From the NCBI GenBank assembly GCA_001643675.2, contig LSRY02000049.1, positions 620,001 to 684,000 of the forward strand: a stretch of DNA of 64,000 nt. Reading direction: 5' to 3'. A model generated the notes under the pieces. It was not told the DNA's origin and made no database searches. It saw only the letters and a program-made list of their open reading frames with translations. The position numbers and the translations under genes are program-made. This document shows positions 25,400 through 37,908 of the stretch, one piece after another (positions within the stretch are counted from its first letter, which is position 1; every line of letters starts with the position of its first letter). This DNA comes from Monocercomonoides exilis PA203. Lineage: Eukaryota; Protista; Preaxostyla.

Positions 25400-27430
25400 T
25401 TGCCCTTCAGTCTCCATCTTCTGATGTTGTTCTGCATTCCTTCGTTATTTTAAGAGGACAGTCTCAAAAATATTTTTATCCAAGCAGGTGAAAAGAAAAA
25501 ATTAGTAAGTCATGCAAAAAAATCGGTCTAATAATAAAGCTTCAAAAAAAAAAAAATATCATACCATTATTGCTCGTCAATCTCACCTTCTTTTGTCAAA
25601 GCATCACGGCGCCCCTCGCCTCTTTATCCCTTCCGTAATCTCCGGCAAAAACAAAACATTTTACAACCTCCGTCCATAAAGATGTTCCTTTTGATACTGT
25701 TCTTGAGGATATTCCCATCTCCTTTTTTGAATAATTCTTTGTTGAACTGACTTTCCTCTATTTTTCTCCAAAATCCCTTTTCTCTTTTTTCTTCTTCATG
25801 TCCTCCCTCAATTCATATCACCATCTCATTCCCTTCTTTCTGCTCTTCTTCCAATGCTCCAAAAAAATTCATTCTTCTAATCCCTCTTGTTTTCCTTCTT
25901 CATCTCTTTTTCTTTTCCCTATCTTCTGCTTCAATTTCCGCTTCTTTTTCTTCCTCCTCTGTATCATTAATTCCTTGATCTCATTTTTCGCTTAAAATAA
26001 GATTCGTCCTATATGTCTTCCAAAACCTTCTTAAAATTTTTGATCTTCTTTTCCATTTCATTCATTTGCATTTCGCCCCAGCTCATTTCACTCAACGTTC
26101 TGCAATTGTCATATCCTGACTTCTTTTAATGCATCCAATATCCTCTTTTTCCGCATTCCTTGTTCATTCATTGTCGTTGAACACTCATTCAAAAAATCTA
26201 GTTTCATAAAAAAAATAATATAGGAAAATTTATAATTAAAAAATATAAATACACACCGTTATAATGATCATTCTTCACTGATTTTCTTCTCCTCCTCCAA
26301 ATATTTCTCCGTTTTGCCAACAAAACCCATCTGTCTCGTCTTCGTTTCCTTTCTGCTTCCTCAAAAAAAATCAGCCAAAACCCAATTCTGTATTCTGCTT
26401 CCACTCAAATAACTCAGCCAGCTACATTCTATAAAAAAAACTAGCAATGAAGAATATTTCATCTGATAAGCGCTTCTCACCCCTTTTCGCTGTATCGACT
26501 TTTTCTTCTCCACATTCCCTCCAAAATATCAACGCCCTTCCACCAAATATCGCAACCCCTTCGCACAAATCTATTCCCCTTCACTCCCTGTCACTTCTTT
26601 TCACAGCATCTTTCTTCTAATCAAAATTAAATATCTCCATATTTTGCCTCTCTTTGGTGCAAAACATCCTCTCGTCGTCGGCCCCTCATCTTCCTCTGTC
26701 TCCATACCACCAATGCAAAGTGCCAGCGCTGATGTTCCTTCTTCCTGTCTTCCTCAGCCTCCACCTCCATCCCTTGCCCTGCAAATGTGAGGCGCGACAA
26801 AACGGTTCACAAAATAAATTATATAAAAATATGAAGAAAAATTTTCTTCATTTTTTTTTCTTCAACCCCATTTCCCCCTCTACTTGTACATCCACAAAAA
26901 CTTCTCCCCCTTGCTCTGCCTCATATGAACCTTCCTCTCTCTCCCTGCATTTGAAAAAAAACCATCCCTTTTCCATTTCTTCTCCATTTCCTTTCCAATT
27001 CTTGTCCTCTCCTCCAAAGATAATATATTCCATTCACTCCACTCATCTTCAGCCCTTCTCCTCTTCCCTTTTATTCCACCTCCTCCACATCAAAATCCTT
27101 TTCACAAATAATAAACGCAATTCCCACACCTTCCAACTCACAAAAATCTCAGAAACAACCCCTCCCAACCTCATCCCAATCCATCTCCTACACATCTATT
27201 TTGCCTCTTAAACCTCCAAAAAATACGTCTTTCTCCCTCCAAAAAAATATTCCTTTATCGCTCCTTTCACCCTCTCAAAACCCTGTTCATTCTCAATTGC
27301 ACAAATCCATCACCCCATTCCATAAATCTATCCTGTTGCAATCGCATTGTCTTCATATGCCCATTCAGCCACAGTGCATCGAGTTGTGCCCCTTTTCTTG
27401 TGTGACTCTTATTCGTTATGGAAAATGATC
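25400..27430 (-). other. Strongly strand-biased (purine-rich minus) decayed sequence, probably a pseudogene or TE remnant
   Basis: C/T-rich plus strand over 2 kb with no long open frame; identity not determinable by eye. Confidence 0.25.
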
Positions 27431-30400
27431 AAACAAATCTCAAATGCTCAAGAAATATCTACAGAATGAAAATTTCATGTGACCAAAAATGCAGCTGGGC
27501 TAAATGAAATATTTCTAGTGATGAAAAAGCAGCATCAACAACTCTTTTTTTATTGATGGAAGATGAAATTGTTCATTTTGATTGTTGGATGGCTGTGGGG
27601 CTATGACATTTTCAATGGAAATGAGAAAATTTTAATGTATGCAATTTTTATTGTTCTATTTGTTGTGAATATATTTCCATCTGTAACCTCTCCAAAGTCG
27701 TGATTCAAACAATTTATAAAAAATGGACAATTTATTCCATGCAGAGCAGAACAGCGAGGAAGGGGGCCAAATGTTATCTTACAAATATATCATTGGAGCA
27801 TGATATTAATTTATTATAAATGTTTATGCAACTTTTTTTGGACTCAACATGCGCGATGGATAGAAATTCAATGAAAAATGAATTTTGATGGAGCAGAAAT
27901 CAACGGGGTTGGAAGATGCTAAAGCTAAAAGGAAGAATGTTTGATTTCTATGAAAAGGGAACGTTTTTTAAAAAGAGGAAGAGGACATTTACAAAAAATT
28001 TTGTTTGAAAGATTGGGGCAAATGACTAAAACAGGAGATTTGAGGGAATTGGAGCAGAACAAGGCGCATTTCTTGGGATAAGAAGGGCAAGACATTGATT
28101 TTATGGACAGAAGAGAGCGATGAAACTGGTTTTCATTGGTTGGATTGAGAGGCGAAAAAACGAGAAAATCAGGTAGTTTGGCGTAATACAAGCAGCTGGA
28201 GGAAAATTACAGGCAAAATGGATTTGAGTCATTTAACCTTTGTCTTCAGCCTTATGTCATTGAGATTGTTATGTTGAAGATATCATTCAACATAAAATAT
28301 CCAACGGTTGAACTCTCCATAATCATTATCTTCTTCATTTTCTTCGTTTTCTTCGAATCTTCTTCTTCTTCTTTGTTTCCGTCTTCAAAACCGAGAAATA
28401 CGAAATTATTTTTTCCTTGGTTTTTGTTCATCATTTTCTTCACCTTCTTTGCCATATTCAGTCTAGTCTTCTTCATCCACTTCTATTTTATTTTCTATCA
28501 TCATCTTCATCTTCCGATTCTTCTACTCCCAGCAGCTTCACCAACACCACCACATCCTTCTCCTTCTCCTTCTTTATCAGCGAGCCGACTGAGCGACATG
28601 TTCGTCTGAATGAGGGTGCCAGTTCTGGGAGTATTTGCAGGCCTGGTTCACAGGCAGTCGATTTGGTGCTGAATGCGGAGCATGTTTCATTTAGTGTCAG
28701 CAGCCGTTCATAGCAGCTTTTTGGGATGGGATGGTGAGGACGTTGGAGGCTGCACAGATGTGGGAGGGATAAGGAAAGAGACCGATTGCATTCACATCAT
28801 CGCTTTCCTTTTTGTCAGCTGTTCAACCATCTTCATCATCATCTTCTTTTGCTTCTGTCTGTAACCCGTGGGTAATGAGACATTTTTGAGGAATGGAGAT
28901 GAAAGAGGTGAGCAACGCAGGGCATTGGTGGAGCTAGAAATGGAAATGGCAGTTTGTATTGCTTGGAGCAGAGAGCGAGATGAATGAGAGAGAAGAGAAG
29001 GAAGAGAAGGAAAAGAAGAGGAAGAAGCAGAGGAAGAAGCAGAGGGGAAAAAAGTGATGTTCATTTCTGTCTTTTTTTTCCGATGAGGTCAGCCACCTGC
29101 CGTGCAGCATCTGCCTTCCTCGTTCAGCAGTGAGCTCTCAGCAAACCGAGTGAAGCTGCACGTCATCTCTTCTCTTCTCCTCTGCCACACCGACACCACA
29201 CTAACGCCACACCGACGCTACAGGCACAATTATCGGGTGGTGTCTGAAGAACACAGATAGCACCTCTTTGCCAAGCGATGGTAGCACAGCAGCAACAGCT
29301 GCAGCAACAGCGGCAGATTGTGCATGGGGCAGCTGTGGAGCGGTTTCCGCAGGAGCGACTGGCCAAGCATCTCCGACACGATGTTCGCCTCCGCCGCGTT
29401 ATATCTTGTCCGGATGGACTCGCGCAGCTGGTCATTGCACTCCATCTTGTCGGGAGATGGAACATCGGGTTGCGTGTTGGCAGCACAGCCGCTTTGCTTG
29501 GTGTGTCTTGAAAGGGCGAGAGGGCTTTCAGGAGAAGACTGCTGCGATGGGAGAAGCCATTCACCAGAGAAGCGATGGAACAGAGGAGTGGAGAGGACGA
29601 GCTGAGTGGAGGATGAGAAGGGAAAGAGGAGGGGAAGGAATTTCTGGAAGAGTGTGAGAAAGATGAATGAAAGGAGAGGGGTGTTGTTTTCGGAGAATTT
29701 TGTGAGGTGGATGGAGGAGGAGAATAACAAAGACAAGAAACTGAGAGCAGCCATCACTCTGGAATTGTGAGGGGAAAGGGGAGGGCGATGGCGAAGAAAA
29801 GGCAGAGGAATGAGCAGTGGATGGGCGGGTGTGGCGATTTGGATTGAAGGATCAGGCACAACATTTGGGAATGAGATTTTGTGAAGAGTTTTAAGTGAGC
29901 TGAGGAAATGGGATGCTTTGGGGGATGGTTAAGATCTTATGAAATATGATTGAACTGCGAAAAGAATTGTTTGTCACATCGTTTATTCGCCTTCTTCAAT
30001 TTAAACTTCCTCTTCTTCCTCTTCTTCCTCATTTTCTTCTTTTCCATCATCATTATTTTCTTTCTTTATCTTCTTCTTCTCCATCATTGTTTTCATATGC
30101 ACTGTCTTAGCAACGAAATTACATTAATATTTTTTCTTATTCGTCATAATTATATTCATCTTCATCAAATCATTTAAATGGATTTTTTGTTATTTGAGTT
30201 ATTCCAATAGAATCAGTACAAAGAAATGGAAATAAGAAATTTTTTCATGCAGAAGCGAAAAAAAATCATTGATCTTGAGATAATCATCGAAGATGAAGAA
30301 AATTTGCTTTATTGGAAGAAAGAAACTATTTTCAAGAAAGAGAAGATGTGAAAGAAGAACTGTGAGAAAAAATATTGAATAAAATAGTTTTTAATTATTC

Positions 30401-30555
30401 GTGATATCGTGTTATTCAGTATTTGTTGAGTAATTATTTATTAAATTCACAAATAGTTGCGATATGTTAATTTTCAGAAAATAATTGAAATATTTGAATA
30501 ACCATTATTCAAATTATCAAATTCGTCAATAACTTTTCAGATTTTTTCTGAAAAA

Positions 30556-33500
30556 ATGGAGCAAAGGAAATTCAGCAACCTATCATATTCTCGGAAGAGT
30601 GAAAAATGCTCTTTCATATGGAACGAATTGAACGAAAAATCTGGAAATGATACAGTCAGTATGCTGCAATTCATGTTTACTCACACAAACATTGGGAAAA
30701 AACTAAGTGCAAAGATTCAAGAAATATTTGCTGGTATACAACTCTATTATCATTTTTTAATTGTGAGAGTTACTTACATTTTTACTTTTATTTGGTAGAA
30801 AAAGCCAATTTTACAATTCTTCGCTTGGCTTCTGCTTTCAACAGCGAAACCAATGTTCATACTAAAGTCACTTTGCTGAAATGTGTCTGCCATGAGTACA
30901 GTCTTTCCCAATTGCAGGATTATGGATTTGAATGCACAAAAGGCAGTTACAATCACGCCAAGCAAAACAGTTCAAGCACTTCATTTGATATCACTCCACC
31001 AAGAAAGCCTCCTCAACCTCCATCAAAGTCCAGTTTGTTTTTTTTTATTTTTTGAATTTTGTTTTGATTTTCGTCTAATGATTAATGATTTTTTGTTCTT
31101 TTATTTTAAGAATTATGTTATGAGGACGAACAAGCGTTTTCTAACTTCATCAACGAAAATACCACAGAATCGTGTGAAAATATTTATATATCAAAATGTG
31201 TTCGTAAAGGTTTTATTCTATTTCTGTTTTGTTCATATATATTGATATTAAATTATTTTTTAATTATATTTGTTTCCTTTTTTTCTAATAAAATAATAGA
31301 TTCAACAACAATTATTGATGATAATTTTTCCATTATTAACGGTGAGGAAGGAATGGAAATTGACATTGACCCACTTGAAAATTACTTTCAGGAAAGTCAT
31401 GAATCAGATTTTTCAACAATTGATTTTCAAAATGATGATGCCATGGACATCACTACCGAAACTCATGAAGTTTCTTCTAATAACTCTGCAATGGATACAG
31501 ATGAACCAGAGTTAATCTTGGTATCGGGATTATCCAATCAAAACCTGGAAGATGAAAGAGCTACGACTTACACTTATCAAAGAGTCAATCCAACTGATTC
31601 TATCGATGAATATCACCACGTTGCCATCGAAGATGATTCAGAAGAAAATGCGGAATGTTTACAAAAAGATTCATATATAAATGAGAGAGTGTTGAATCAA
31701 TCTTCTTTAAAACAAACAATGAATAAAAAGAACGGAGATTGTGCTATCCCACAATTTTATCCTTTACTCAATAAAGGAAATTCATGTTTCTTGGCAGCTA
31801 CAATTCAACTGTTTCGTTCAATTTTTTTCCATTCGGATAAACTCAAAAAGAGGAAAGGGCAAACATCAATGATTCAAAATTGCTTATGTTGCTTGGTGAA
31901 TCCTCATTACATAGAACCCAAAAATTTTCAATGTAATCACACATCGAAATGGACTGCGAATTTTGTCAAAAAATGGGAAAATATGCATAATCTTCGAACT
32001 GGTATTCAACACGAGTTCTATGAAACATTTCTGAGCCTTTTTGACGATATATCATCAATTTATCCTTCATTTCGAAGTCAAATGGAACAGAAAATTTGTT
32101 TTCCTCGGGTTTGTATCGATTGTTTTCATCGGAATGATGGTGTTGTTGAAACAACTCCTATTCTGAGGTTGAATGGAAATGATTTATTGAAGTCTTTCAA
32201 CGAATCGTTTGAAATAAGTGAGGATAATATAAATAATAGAGATGCATTCTGCGAGTGTTGTTCAAAAAACACTCATCAATTGACAACTTTATCAATCAGT
32301 CGATTTCCTCGTATTTTATCAATTTCATTTGAAACACTATCTGATTCAAATACTTGTCCTACGAATGTTTACCCAGTTTTATCATTTCAAAATATCAATG
32401 GAAAAACAGTTGCATTCTCAAATTATGACTCAAATGCTATTAATTACAATTTGATTGCAGTATTATTTCATAAAGGAGAAAAAGAAAATGGACATTTTTT
32501 TTCCATCTGCCATTTAGGAAGCTATGAAGAGTCATCAACATTTCAAAACAACAGTTGGTACTTGTGCAATGATGAAATGATTTCTATCATCAACAAGAAT
32601 GTGGAAGATGAAATCAAAAGTCATATGAAAAAAAACTCTCAGCCGGTCATGTGGATATACGTTCAAGTGAAAATAAAAGAAAATATTCACATTGCTGAAA
32701 TGCTATCTCCCCCATTGATTCCGTCTTTTCAAAAGAAGCATCCACATCAAGTTTTACACATAAACAATGAACCTTTTCAATATGGAACTTTATCAAGTTC
32801 ACATCAACATGTTAATGAAGCTGCAAAACAATCATTATCAAACACAAATATCAATGAAACCCATGGAAAAAAAATATCATTAGGAAATGATTCTAGTCAC
32901 TCTTCTTCTTTTTCTCACTTCACTGATTCTGAGTCAAATCAATATCAATGTGCAAAGAATTGCTCTTCAATGCAAAAAGAAAATGAAAACTGCCAGGAAA
33001 CATATAATACATCTTATTCAACATCTCATTTTTCATCTTCGCTTGACTTTCCAATTCACAATCAATTTTGTTGCGAAGAAAACTTGAACAACAATCACAT
33101 CATTTCTTCTCCAAGCACTTCATTCAATCAATTTGACTTTCCATCCTCGTCAAATTCTTCTGTCAACACATCAAATTCATTTCATTCCAATAACATAGAT
33201 TTCAATTTGAACTTTCTCTCACTTCATCCACATCAACCTTGTGTTTCCACGTCAAATAAAATTGCAGCAAAAGCTATGAAAGATGTACAGAATGACATAT
33301 CGATATCTCATAGCATTTTAGAGGTTTCTAGCTCTCCAGAACCTGGAACAACATGTTCAAGCAATCAACAAGTTTTAATTGAAAACATTTCATCTTTCTC
33401 ATCCAACCTTTCAGATCAGAATACTCAAATGACAACCAACTCAACAAAAAATTCATCTTCGAATTCGACAAATGAACATAATGGCAAATCGCACTCTTTG

Positions 33501-34893
33501 CTGCCACAATCAACTTTTTCAACAAATACTTTCTCAACAATGATGAATTCAATATCAATGTCTTCTGACAACATCCCTCACAGATTCGAATCCCTAAACA
33601 ACAACACTTCACAACATCAAAAAACAACAAAAACGCTTCCAATTAGACTCATTAACACTTCAAAATTACAGTTGTTCCAAAAAATGAAAGAAACAACAAA
33701 CATAAAAATGTCTCGAAGCACATTTTACAAAAGAACTTCCCACCTGAAACGAGCGGCTCGGAGGACGGACTTGTGCAATCTTTGCGAAAAATACAATCAT
33801 TTGAAAAAGAAAGAAGAATTCTTGAGAACGAAATCCGAACAGCTTTCAGAAAAAGACAAAGAGATATTGAAGGGAATAGAGGATCACAGAAAACTTGCAA
33901 CGAACCAGCAACGTTATTATCGTCTAATGAAGGAAAATCTATCAATTGATGATGCACTCGTGCTTTTCGATTTCAAAGAAAATTGGTCCCTTCCTCTCAG
34001 GAGAAACCAGATCAGCAAGGACTATTACGACAAGTATGAGGTATCTCATCTCTGCATAATTGTCTATACAGTGGACAAAAACAAAAACAAGATGAAGCAT
34101 ATTTTCAACTTCTTTTCAAGCATTCTCTCACATGACTATCGTTTCGTTATTGAATGCCTGAACCAAGTGCTAAATAAACCTATGCTATCACAAAAGAAAA
34201 ACTTGCATTTTGTGTGTGATACAGGACCACACTTTAGGAATTTACAAGTAATGCATTTTCTTTTGTCTGATAATTCAGCAGTGGTTCATGGAAAGTCTTC
34301 GACATTATCATTTTTCTGTGAAAAACACGGAAAATGTGAATGTGATGGAGAATTTGGATGCCTTACAAACACATTGAACATTCATCTGGATAGTGAAACT
34401 GTTATAAAAAACATCGATGATCTCATCAAGTTTTTTGAAGAACGCCCTCATGAAAGTGTGATTCAGGAAAAATCAATGTCAAACAATTCTCACAAAATTA
34501 TTCGTCATTTTCTCAAGTTTGTTATTTCTTGTGATTAGTATTATTTCTTATTAATAATGACAATTAATTTCTAAACTCTTTTTGCTTATTCTTTATAGAT
34601 ATATTCCAACTAATAAAATTTTGTGGAAAAAATTGGAAATCAATTCGATAAAGACATTTCTGTTCTACGAGAAAAGAGGGAATAAAATATATAGATCAGT
34701 TGCTTCGCCAGATAATTGTGAAGGATCTTTTTTGGTGAATTTCAAGGAAAAAAGAGTGAGAGATGAGAGAGTAAAAAAAATTTATCAAAAAAGTTCCGCC
34801 AATTTGGCAGAAGAGAGTGTTGGAAATTACACTGCAAAATTATTCAAAGAGAGAAGATTATTTGATAATAATTGTTTTTTTGATAAACATTAA
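30556..34893 (+). CDS. Sola2-like DDD transposase with an inserted ubiquitin-specific protease (USP/peptidase C19) domain; intact, ~1340 aa
   Basis: Exons 30556-30733, 30799-31032, 31111-31209, 31300-34516 and 34599-34893 (4023 nt, all GT-AG, no stops). USP: Cys box LLNKGNSCFLAATIQLF, QHEFYE, CxxC/CxxC zinc ribbon, His box YNLIAVLFHKGEKENGHF..WYLCNDEMI. Transposase: SRSTFYK, TDLCNLC, FDFKENW, SHDYRFV, CDTGPHFRN, FFCEKHGKCECDGEFG. Confidence 0.85.
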
Positions 34894-34917
34894 GTTGCTT
34901 TTTAACTGTGTCTATTC

Positions 34918-35168
34918 CTTAAGTAATTCTGAACAGTGAAGAGTTTTTTTGTGGTCTGTTGCTCAAGCTTTGTGCATTTGTTTATACCAAATGCTTCGAA
35001 GTACCTCACATTTTTTCCATTAAAGTGGAAAAAATTGGGGCTAGGCTGATTCCGTCCTGAAACTGTGCTGTGACCGGTCCAGCACAGTTTCTTGCAGGAT
35101 TTGGGTCCAGAATCAGCCTCCCAGGACAGACGCTTCACATTCTTCTTTCCTATTTAGAATTACTTAAG
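34918..35168 (+). ncRNA. Putative highly structured RNA element (multi-branch fold) directly 3' of the transposase stop codon
   Basis: Nested helices: 34918-34930/35156-35168, 34936-34941/35133-35138 and 34954-34959/35126-35131. These enclose hairpins 34967-35002, 35004-35040 and 35043-35119. Several G-U pairs work only on the + strand. Confidence 0.55.
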
Positions 35169-35579
35169 AAATTGATATTTTGTGTGTTTTTTTATTCAAA
35201 TATGTCGACATATTTGTTTTTATGATCCAAGAAAATTTTAAATATTCATGTTTTAGATATGAAAAAAAGTTTCATTTCTTTTTAGAGTTTTTATATTAAA
35301 ATAATTGGATATATTTTCTGCTCATTGAATGAAGAGACACTTTTATTTGTTGCTCAGTTTGTGAAATCACAAAAATTTATGTTTTTCAACATGAAAAGGC
35401 AGGGGAATTGATGTGAAATGCGTTTCAACAATGACAAAAAAGCTAATATTTGAATTGTTGAACATCTTATTCAAGAATAATTCTGCATATATTCAAGATG
35501 AAATCAATATACGTTGTGCTTCTCTGTCAAAGCGCAGATTGCATATTAATAGTTCTTTCAGGATTTCAGAGCATTATTA

Positions 35580-37011
35580 GTGAATGAAGTTGCGATAGGG
35601 GGATACACCTCGGATATGCATTTTGACGAAGAAGACCTGCTGAAGAGAATTGTGAAGTGCCAGAGCGAGACTGTGTTTGTGTCTTCGGCCAGGGACATTC
35701 ATGATGACAGCAAGCAGTGCGGAGGACTGGATAAACCATGCAGCACGCTGAGCGAAGGGCTGCTGCACATCATTCCGTCATTGTTCTCTCAGCTGCTGAT
35801 CTCCGGCTACACTGCCATCTTGAGCAGATGCAATGTGCTGAATTTCATCATCCGCTCGCTCGAATCACCTTCACCGGCACAGGTGTTCCTCAACTCAACA
35901 ATCCCACATGGCAGCAGCATTATCGCAACCTCGGAGAAAGAACAGATCGAGAGGTTGTCGTTCTTCGTTGCTCTTCCTTTTCGTTTTCAGGAGGAGCACT
36001 CATCGGTGAGACAAACGTGCCACTTTATCTTTCGTCAGTCCATTTAGCATCTGAAGTGCCTTCAAGCAGCGTCCATCCCATTATCCTCAGCTCGTCTCTC
36101 CTGAGCATTGAAAGCGGACTTCTGCTCATCGATAATTGCACTGTATCGGAAATTTCATTTTAAGAACCAGTGTTCCAGCTGACTGGCTGAAGCAAGGTGT
36201 CCTTTGCAAAGGTGGATGCGAAGCAGGTTGAGCTGTTATCCAATCTGTTTGAAGTTGGAAAGTGTGAAAGTGGAGTGATTGATGATGCGGTGGTGGATGG
36301 AGTGAAGTATCACGATAGTTGCATTGTTACCACTTGCGAAGATATGTCTGGAGTTGTTTCCATTGGCAGTTCTTCCATCAGAAACTTCAGTCGTGATTTG
36401 TTGGGTGCATGCTTCCTTTCTGCATCTTTATCTTCTGCCTGGATAACCTGCAAACAATTTATGATGAAAATGCGAATCGCTGTTGAAAAAATGTGAACAT
36501 TGTGGAGATCAGCATTGCATTTGATATTCAAAAGCACATGTGATTGTTTGTGGGGATTCAAGAAATTTCCAGCAGCGAAGAGAGTGTCGACAAATGGAAT
36601 AAATCGCTCATTCAGTTGTCACATGCAGCAGCGCTGATGAAGAACAAGACAAAATCGAATTTGTCATCAGGCGGATTGTCGTTGGCAGAGGGCAACATGA
36701 TAATCGAGAAAGGCGAGTTAAATGACAACAGCCTTTCGATGCCAAAATACCCATCACTCCGCTAGAACATCTTCTTCTGAGAATCGGCTTTATTCACAAT
36801 TGACAGCTTGAAAGGTGGAGACGGCTTCAAAAAAACGCTTCATTGTGGATCACAAGCTAAGATTGCAGTACTGATAGCAATGCACAGGAATGACCTTCTC
36901 CGTTTTTCATTCCCCATCTGGAATCAGCACCTCCAGAAAAAACTGGGAGTGTGGCCAATATCAAATTCACGGGATCACTTTTCTTGGGATGCGATCAATC
37001 TTTCAAATTGA
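35580..37011 (+). pseudogene. Decayed fragment of a beta-helix surface protein gene
   Basis: ETVFVSSARDIHDDSKQCGGLDKPCSTLSEGL (same D..CG....C.T module), followed by successive short ORFs in changing frames with stops. Confidence 0.7.
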
Positions 37012-37908
37012 TATGTTCAACCAAAATTATAGAGTGATAAGAGCGGAATCCATTTGATGAAAATAGCTATTTTTCTTAAGCCGAAATTGTTGGAGCTGTA
37101 TCATATTTATTTATTGCATTTCTTTTTCGATTTCCATTTCCACTAAATAATCAACCAAATAATTAAATGAATTGTCACCGATTGTTGAGAAATAAAAAAC
37201 TATTCGAACTTTCTTGCTCGCATAAAAAATAATAATCCTTTCAGTCATTATTTCTCACATTTGTTTCAAGATTCGAAATTCTTCAAATAAGAAAATTGAA
37301 GTTCCATATTAATCATTTTTTTTTTTGAAGTGACAATCTGTTCAAAAAAAGAAATGAATAAACATATTTAAAGTATTCATAATTAAATAGATAGGAAAAA
37401 AGTCATTCATCTTTAAAACTTCGTTCGATAAGATGCTATTTGCTCTGTGAAAGTTTCTGTATATCAAAAAAATTCATTTTTCAAAAGAAAAGAAGAAATC
37501 ATAGATTTGTATCATTTTTATTTGATTTGGCTTATATTATCAATATATATTATCTTAAATATTACAAATAAAAAAACATGATTGAATTTAATACCTTCAA
37601 CACATTTAAAAAAACACATTTCTTTATCAAAGCATGTGCAGAATAAAATTATGGTGTTGATGATCTTGTTGATTTACTGAACAATTAAATCACAGTTTTA
37701 GAGATTCTTTTATATAAATTCATAATCGAGATATAAATGTGACAGTTTTTATGGATTCGAAAATGAAGTTTTTTAAGATATTTTCGAATTATTTTTTCAC
37801 CCCGAAAAAAAGTATGTTTTCGAAAAGAATCACCCATATATTTATTTATGTTAATTCAAAGAAAAGAAATCAGGAAGTGGAGTCAAATGTTGAAAAACTT
37901 TTCAATTG

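Noticed and set aside
25400-27430. Possible DIRS/tyrosine-recombinase retroelement remnant
   Set aside because: There is only vague resemblance; no RT, RNase H or recombinase catalytic motif can be read.
27460-27720. Possible second DDE_1 remnant (KNAAGLNEIFL..LFFIDG)
   Set aside because: It is too short and degenerate, and no QPLD-type motif follows.
31242-31299. Apparent signal peptide at the start of the 1098-aa ORF
   Set aside because: It is the intron 31210-31299 read in frame; the true start is upstream at 30556.
34918-35168. Identification of the fold as SRP RNA, RNase P/MRP, telomerase RNA or a hammerhead ribozyme
   Set aside because: It has no SRP helix-8 motif, no P4 CR-I/CR-V pair, no telomeric template and no CUGANGA core, so it was left unassigned.
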